Of a DNA stretch of 56,405 bases, positions 52,657 through 56,405 are shown piece by piece. This stretch comes from a virus (Duplodnaviria; Caudoviricetes), in IMG/VR virus record IMGVR_UViG_3300037714_000226, positions 1-56,405 of that record; one strand, written 5' to 3'. Numbering within the stretch: the stretch's first letter is position 1; every line of letters starts with the position of its first letter. A model generated the notes under the pieces. It had not been told where the DNA came from and did no database searches. It worked only from the letters and a program-made list of their open reading frames with translations. A program made the position numbers and the translations under genes.

Positions 52657-55608
52657 TCAGTCGATCTCCCACTGAGAGAACGATGGCATCGTATTATCGG
52701 CATTGATAGCCGTGAGAAATGGCGATGCAGTCATGTCGACCACCCGGTTGCCTACGGCCATCGCCGACGGGAACGAGTAGTGAAGCTCGTCCTTGGCCCG
52801 TGTGGTGGCCACGTAGAAGAGTCGCTTCTCCTCTTCCGGATCCTCTGCGCGGCCGTGCGGAAGAATGTTGAACGCGACTCCAACCACGAACACGATCGGC
52901 CACTCCAAACCCTTGCTACGGTGAATGGAGCAGAGAGTGACTTTGTTCGGATCCTTTTCGCGCTTCGACTTGCGGCTTGCCTTGATGGTCTTGGCGACGT
53001 AGTCGAGCAACTCGCGGACCGAAGGAAAGCGACCTGCGGCCCGGACCATCTCACGAACGTTCGATACACGGTTGTTCTCCGTGCTCTCTTCGCCCTCGTC
53101 GCGACGAAGAAAGTCCGTGTACCCCGTCTCGCTAACGATGTCGTTCAGCAGCTTTGCCGGCATCGCCTGTGTCTTGTCGGCCTCGGTAGCGTTCTCGTCC
53201 CTGGACCGACGAATGATCTCTCGAAGTCGCTCGATCATCGCGGCCCAGTCCTCTGATGAAGCGCGCTGTTTCGAGTTGACCCTGTTCTGAGAGTTGGTGT
53301 CATCGACCACAGCAACCCATGAGAACGGCTCGCCACTGTCCTTGGCCTCCTTGGCGTGCTTGCGAGCAACCAAACTCATGTGCTCGACGTACGCGCGACC
53401 CAGGAACCGGAACGGGGTGTTGATGCACCTCTCCATCGACTCCATCCACTCTGGGAACTTCCCATAACCATCGGCGAGTCGAAGGTAGGCCAATAGGTTT
53501 TTGACCTCCCGGCGCTCGTAAAAACTCGTGCCGCCGAGAATGCGATACGGGATACGCTCCGAAATGAGCCCCTCCTCAGGAGCGCGCGACTGGGCGTTGG
53601 TGCGGTAGAGCACAGCAACGTCACGTGGCTGATAGCCGCCATCCTGGACGAGGTCGCGGATCTTCTCGGCAACGCCAACTCCCTCGTCTTCGATCGTCAT
53701 GTATCTGCGGACCGAAATCGTTCCTTCGTTCCCCTTTTCACAGACCATCTTGACCGGCAGCCGCGTCTCCGGCGCCATCGTGTCGAGTGTTCGGTTGGCG
53801 GTGTCGATGATCATCGCGCCACAGCGATAATTGCGACCCATCGTGATCACTTTGGCGCCCCAATCCTGCTCGAAACTCAGAAGCTTCTCCGGCCGAGCAC
53901 CGCGCCAGGTGTAGATGCAGTTCAAAACGACGACACCATTGGCGGCGTACGCATGATCCCGCTCGACGTCGAGAGAGTATACCGGTCCTTCGTACGACTC
54001 GCGTTCATGACTCTCAACCGGAGACCAAAGGTTCATTTCATCGGGCAGCGGAAGCGACATGAGACCTGGCAGTACGTTTCGCGCGTATACCGCGAAATAG
54101 GTTCCTCTCACGTAGGCCGCGCTCGGATCATCGGTCTGAGTTTTCGGAAACGGCCATATTGGAAGATCGGCACGCATATCGTGATCGAGGAGACACTGGT
54201 GGGCCGATTCGGTATTTCTGGAGGCGACGCGCTCGTCACCGAAGATGCGAGCGATGGCTTCAGTCGTCTGATGCACGGCACCGTTTACAGGCTCGAACGT
54301 GGATGTCGGCAGTCCGTAGGCTGCCGATACGACACCCTCGTGAACGCTGGCGTCGGTCCGGCTTTTGTGAACTCCCAGGATCCACACCGCGTCGGCCCTC
54401 TCCAGTTTCGCACGCGTCGCGAGATGGAAGTTCCTGACACCCTCTCCACGACCTGCGAACAACTTGCACCACCCGACGCGGTACCCGAGATCCTTGCGGT
54501 GCATGAGATAGGTGACGCAATCGTTCACGCCCCGGTCAGTCCACCTCGCGAGAACCTTGTGATCTGAGGTCATGGAAACCTCGCGACCTACCACCGAGAT
54601 CTTGTGCAGCATTCCGTTGTACTGTCGTTCCGCAACACGCACTTCGCGCCCATTGATCATCCGCTGGGCTTTCCGATTCCATCCGCGAATTCTATCGCCA
54701 TCGCGAAGCGATTCGATCGGAACATGGACTCCAGCCTCGCGCTCAATCATGGTGCCTGGTGGGTGGCACTGCGCTGGATCACCTACGAGAACGTAGTTCT
54801 TGTGGTCCTTGGCCAGAAGAGCGCCCATGAGGATCTGACCGAGGTTCTGATCCTGCGCCTCATCCTGCATGACCCAATCGAACCGCGATGCATGACGAAG
54901 ACGAAGGGATTCGTTCTGCTGAAACGCCTCGGTGACATCGAAGATAAAGTCGTCGAAGGTGAGAAGACGACGCTCGATCCGGAGGTCTTCGCATCGGCTG
55001 TAACACTCAATGAGAAGGCGCGGGTTCGTTCGCGGGCTCGGCGCCCGCTGGTAGTAGCTGTTCGCGAACGCCATGCACTCTTCCGAGTGGGGTCGAAGCA
55101 AGCCGGACTTGCAGTGTCCGATGAAGTCGATGATGAGCGTGACGTCGGCCTGCTTCCAATTCATCTGACGATAACCAACGACTTCTTTGATGATCACGCG
55201 ATAGCGATCACGGTCATCGATCTTCCAGTCCCAGGCGCCGTTGCACTGAAGCCGCTCGTTACGATGGATCTCCAAAGCAACCGAGTGGAACGTACCGACG
55301 CGTGCGTCTGAGTCGCCAATGAGCTGCTTGAGCCGATCGTTCATCTCGTCGGCGCCCTTGCGGCTGAAGGTGACGGCGAGAACGCGCCCTGGGTTGACCC
55401 CTTTGACCTTCACGAGTCGCGCGAGGCGATGCACGACTACCCGGGTCTTGCCAGCGCCAGCGACCGCGACAAGCAGCGCTGGGCCCTCTTCGTGGAGTAC
55501 CGCTTCGAGTTGCTCCGGGTTCAGACCGGACAGGAGTTCGGCCTCGATGTTTCTGACGGTCGCTTCGTCGCGCCCCTGCGCTTGAGCGATGATGCTCTCG
55601 ATTCCCAT
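52657..55608 (-). CDS. uvrD: UvrD/PcrA-like SF1 helicase with one intein (about 700 aa spliced)
   Basis: LNPEQ, AVAGAGKT, GTFHS, QDEAQD, VGDPAQ|CIYTWRGA, NYRC, LYRTNAQS, IHRSKGLEW, EEKRLFYVATTRA. Confidence 0.95.
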   Translation of the reverse strand: MGIESIIAQAQGRDEATVRNIEAELLSGLNPEQLEAVLHEEGPALLVAVAGAGKTRVVVHRLARLVKVKGVNPGRVLAVTFSRKGADEMNDRLKQLIGDSDARVGTFHSVALEIHRNERLQCNGAWDWKIDDRDRYRVIIKEVVGYRQMNWKQADVTLIIDFIGHCKSGLLRPHSEECMAFANSYYQRAPSPRTNPRLLIECYSRCEDLRIERRLLTFDDFIFDVTEAFQQNESLRLRHASRFDWVMQDEAQDQNLGQILMGALLAKDHKNYVLVGDPAQCHPPGTMIEREAGVHVPIESLRDGDRIRGWNRKAQRMINGREVRVAERQYNGMLHKISVVGREVSMTSDHKVLARWTDRGVNDCVTYLMHRKDLGYRVGWCKLFAGRGEGVRNFHLATRAKLERADAVWILGVHKSRTDASVHEGVVSAAYGLPTSTFEPVNGAVHQTTEAIARIFGDERVASRNTESAHQCLLDHDMRADLPIWPFPKTQTDDPSAAYVRGTYFAVYARNVLPGLMSLPLPDEMNLWSPVESHERESYEGPVYSLDVERDHAYAANGVVVLNCIYTWRGARPEKLLSFEQDWGAKVITMGRNYRCGAMIIDTANRTLDTMAPETRLPVKMVCEKGNEGTISVRRYMTIEDEGVGVAEKIRDLVQDGGYQPRDVAVLYRTNAQSRAPEEGLISERIPYRILGGTSFYERREVKNLLAYLRLADGYGKFPEWMESMERCINTPFRFLGRAYVEHMSLVARKHAKEAKDSGEPFSWVAVVDDTNSQNRVNSKQRASSEDWAAMIERLREIIRRSRDENATEADKTQAMPAKLLNDIVSETGYTDFLRRDEGEESTENNRVSNVREMVRAAGRFPSVRELLDYVAKTIKASRKSKREKDPNKVTLCSIHRSKGLEWPIVFVVGVAFNILPHGRAEDPEEEKRLFYVATTRAKDELHYSFPSAMAVGNRVVDMTASPFLTAINADNTMPSFSQWEID
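53920..54768 (-). mobile_element. UvrD intein (283 aa, ends Leu-Asn)
   Basis: CHPPGTMI...MTSDHK...VYSLDV...GVVVLN followed by Cys; no LAGLIDADG or HNH motifs. Confidence 0.9.
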
Positions 55609-55659
55609 GATGCCACTCTTCTCCGGCTCTAGCCGGCGCTTGTGCCTTTTATGCTACTT

Positions 55660-55688
55660 ACCTTGACGTTCTGATTTACGCTAGTCAA
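55660..55688 (-). promoter_or_regulatory. Possible promoter, TTGACWADCG family
   Basis: TTGACTAGCGT, N17, CAAGGT upstream of uvrD; weak -10. Confidence 0.45.
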
Positions 55689-56223
55689 CAGTCTTTCTAG
55701 GAGTGATCGTCTTTTTGCACTCGGGGTACGCGGTGCAGCCGTAGAACGGGTTGAATTTCTTGCCGCCCGATTTGGGAGAGCGAAGGGCCATGATCTTGCC
55801 GCACTCGGGGCAATTGGGATGCCTGAGGCACTCGGTGTACCCCTCACGCAGAGCGACCGTGAGACGCTCCAGGAAGGTGGCCAACCGCTGGCCCTCCGGA
55901 CCCTTCGGCGCGGTGCGTAGGAGTTTTCGAGACCGCGACACGGGCATGAAGCTGCCGTATCGAGCTGTGTTGTTAGGTCTGTAGCCGACGACGAGTCTGA
56001 TAGCGTCATCGCCGCAGTCGCGAACCTGGTCGGCGCCAACGCTCAGGGTCGTATAGACCCGAAGGAACGCCTGACGATTCGGCGGCTTGATGTCGACCAC
56101 GATTTCGCGGCCGTGACACGTCTTGGTGACTTGGCCGCCCGCGGCCTCGACCTTGGCTCCGATTTCGCCCTGAAGCAGACTCAGTAGCGCATCGGCCGGG
56201 ACGTCGATGAATCTCTTACCCAT
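55681..56223 (-). CDS. Hypothetical protein with C-terminal topoisomerase-type C4 Zn finger
   Basis: CPECGKIMALR...FYGCTAYPECK; SD AAGGAG. Confidence 0.8.
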   Translation of the reverse strand: MGKRFIDVPADALLSLLQGEIGAKVEAAGGQVTKTCHGREIVVDIKPPNRQAFLRVYTTLSVGADQVRDCGDDAIRLVVGYRPNNTARYGSFMPVSRSRKLLRTAPKGPEGQRLATFLERLTVALREGYTECLRHPNCPECGKIMALRSPKSGGKKFNPFYGCTAYPECKKTITPRKTVD

Positions 56224-56247
56224 ACACCAGCACTCCTTCCGCTACTC

Positions 56248-56276
56248 AGTATGAGGCGGTAGGATGCGCTAGTCAA
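56248..56276 (-). promoter_or_regulatory. Sigma70-like promoter, TTGACWADCG family
   Basis: TTGACT-N17-CATACT; -35 region TTGACTAGCGC. Confidence 0.65.
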
Positions 56277-56282
56277 TGGGGT

Positions 56283-56405
56283 TCATGCAGATTCGTCCAG
56301 AACGTCGATGGCCGAGGGATCTCCGATGGCGATTAGGAAGCATCGTTTGTGCATAGCTCCCCACTCGTCATCCTTTACGAAGCGCAGACGCTTGGTTTTG
56401 GTCGC
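56283..56405 (-). CDS. 3' end of a CDS entering from the right edge
   Basis: 41 open codons ATKTKRLRFVKDDEWGAMHKRCFL...DESA*. Confidence 0.5.
   Translation of the reverse strand, partial: ATKTKRLRFVKDDEWGAMHKRCFLIAIGDPSAIDVLDESA

Noticed and set aside
1-56405. tRNA, rRNA, CRISPR array or stop-codon reassignment
   Set aside because: No cloverleaf or regular repeat array recognised by eye; TAA, TAG and TGA all end genes cleanly with tight packing. tRNAscan-SE and Infernal were not run

Overview
A 56.4 kb piece of a large, GC-rich tailed phage genome of T4-like head type, with almost all genes on the minus strand. Left part: head morphogenesis and packaging (gp23-like major capsid protein, gp21-like prohead protease fused to a scaffold, core proteins, gp20-like portal, large and probable small terminase). 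Middle: recombination and replication (RuvC-like, Cas4-like PD-(D/E)XK nuclease, Hjc-like resolvase, RecA, SF2 helicase, gp32-like SSB, primase, GroES, DnaB, DnaC-like loader). Right part: DNA methyltransferase, RRM and KH RNA-binding proteins, probable internal head proteins, ParB-like protein, SNF2 and UvrD helicases. Ten inteins interrupt five genes. Highlights seen in the sequence: (1) two endonuclease genes hidden by dual coding inside uninterrupted host frames, one in the +1 frame inside a terminase intein (NUMOD3 + TnsA-like) and one antisense, codon-aligned and CTG-initiated inside the methyltransferase (Zn-ribbon + DUF559/Vsr-like), the latter with no splicing element; (2) a candidate -1 frameshift cassette (G GGA AAC, 6-nt spacer, hairpin) at the end of a prohead core gene, leading into an unannotated 77-codon basic frame; (3) five exact copies of the 16-bp palindrome GTGCAGACGTCTGCAC at gene junctions in a genome encoding a ParB-like protein; (4) a shared capsid-targeting-like motif and repeated [LIVM]-x-E sites in several proteins. 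All family assignments are by motif recognition; no database search was run. No tRNA, rRNA or CRISPR array was recognised.
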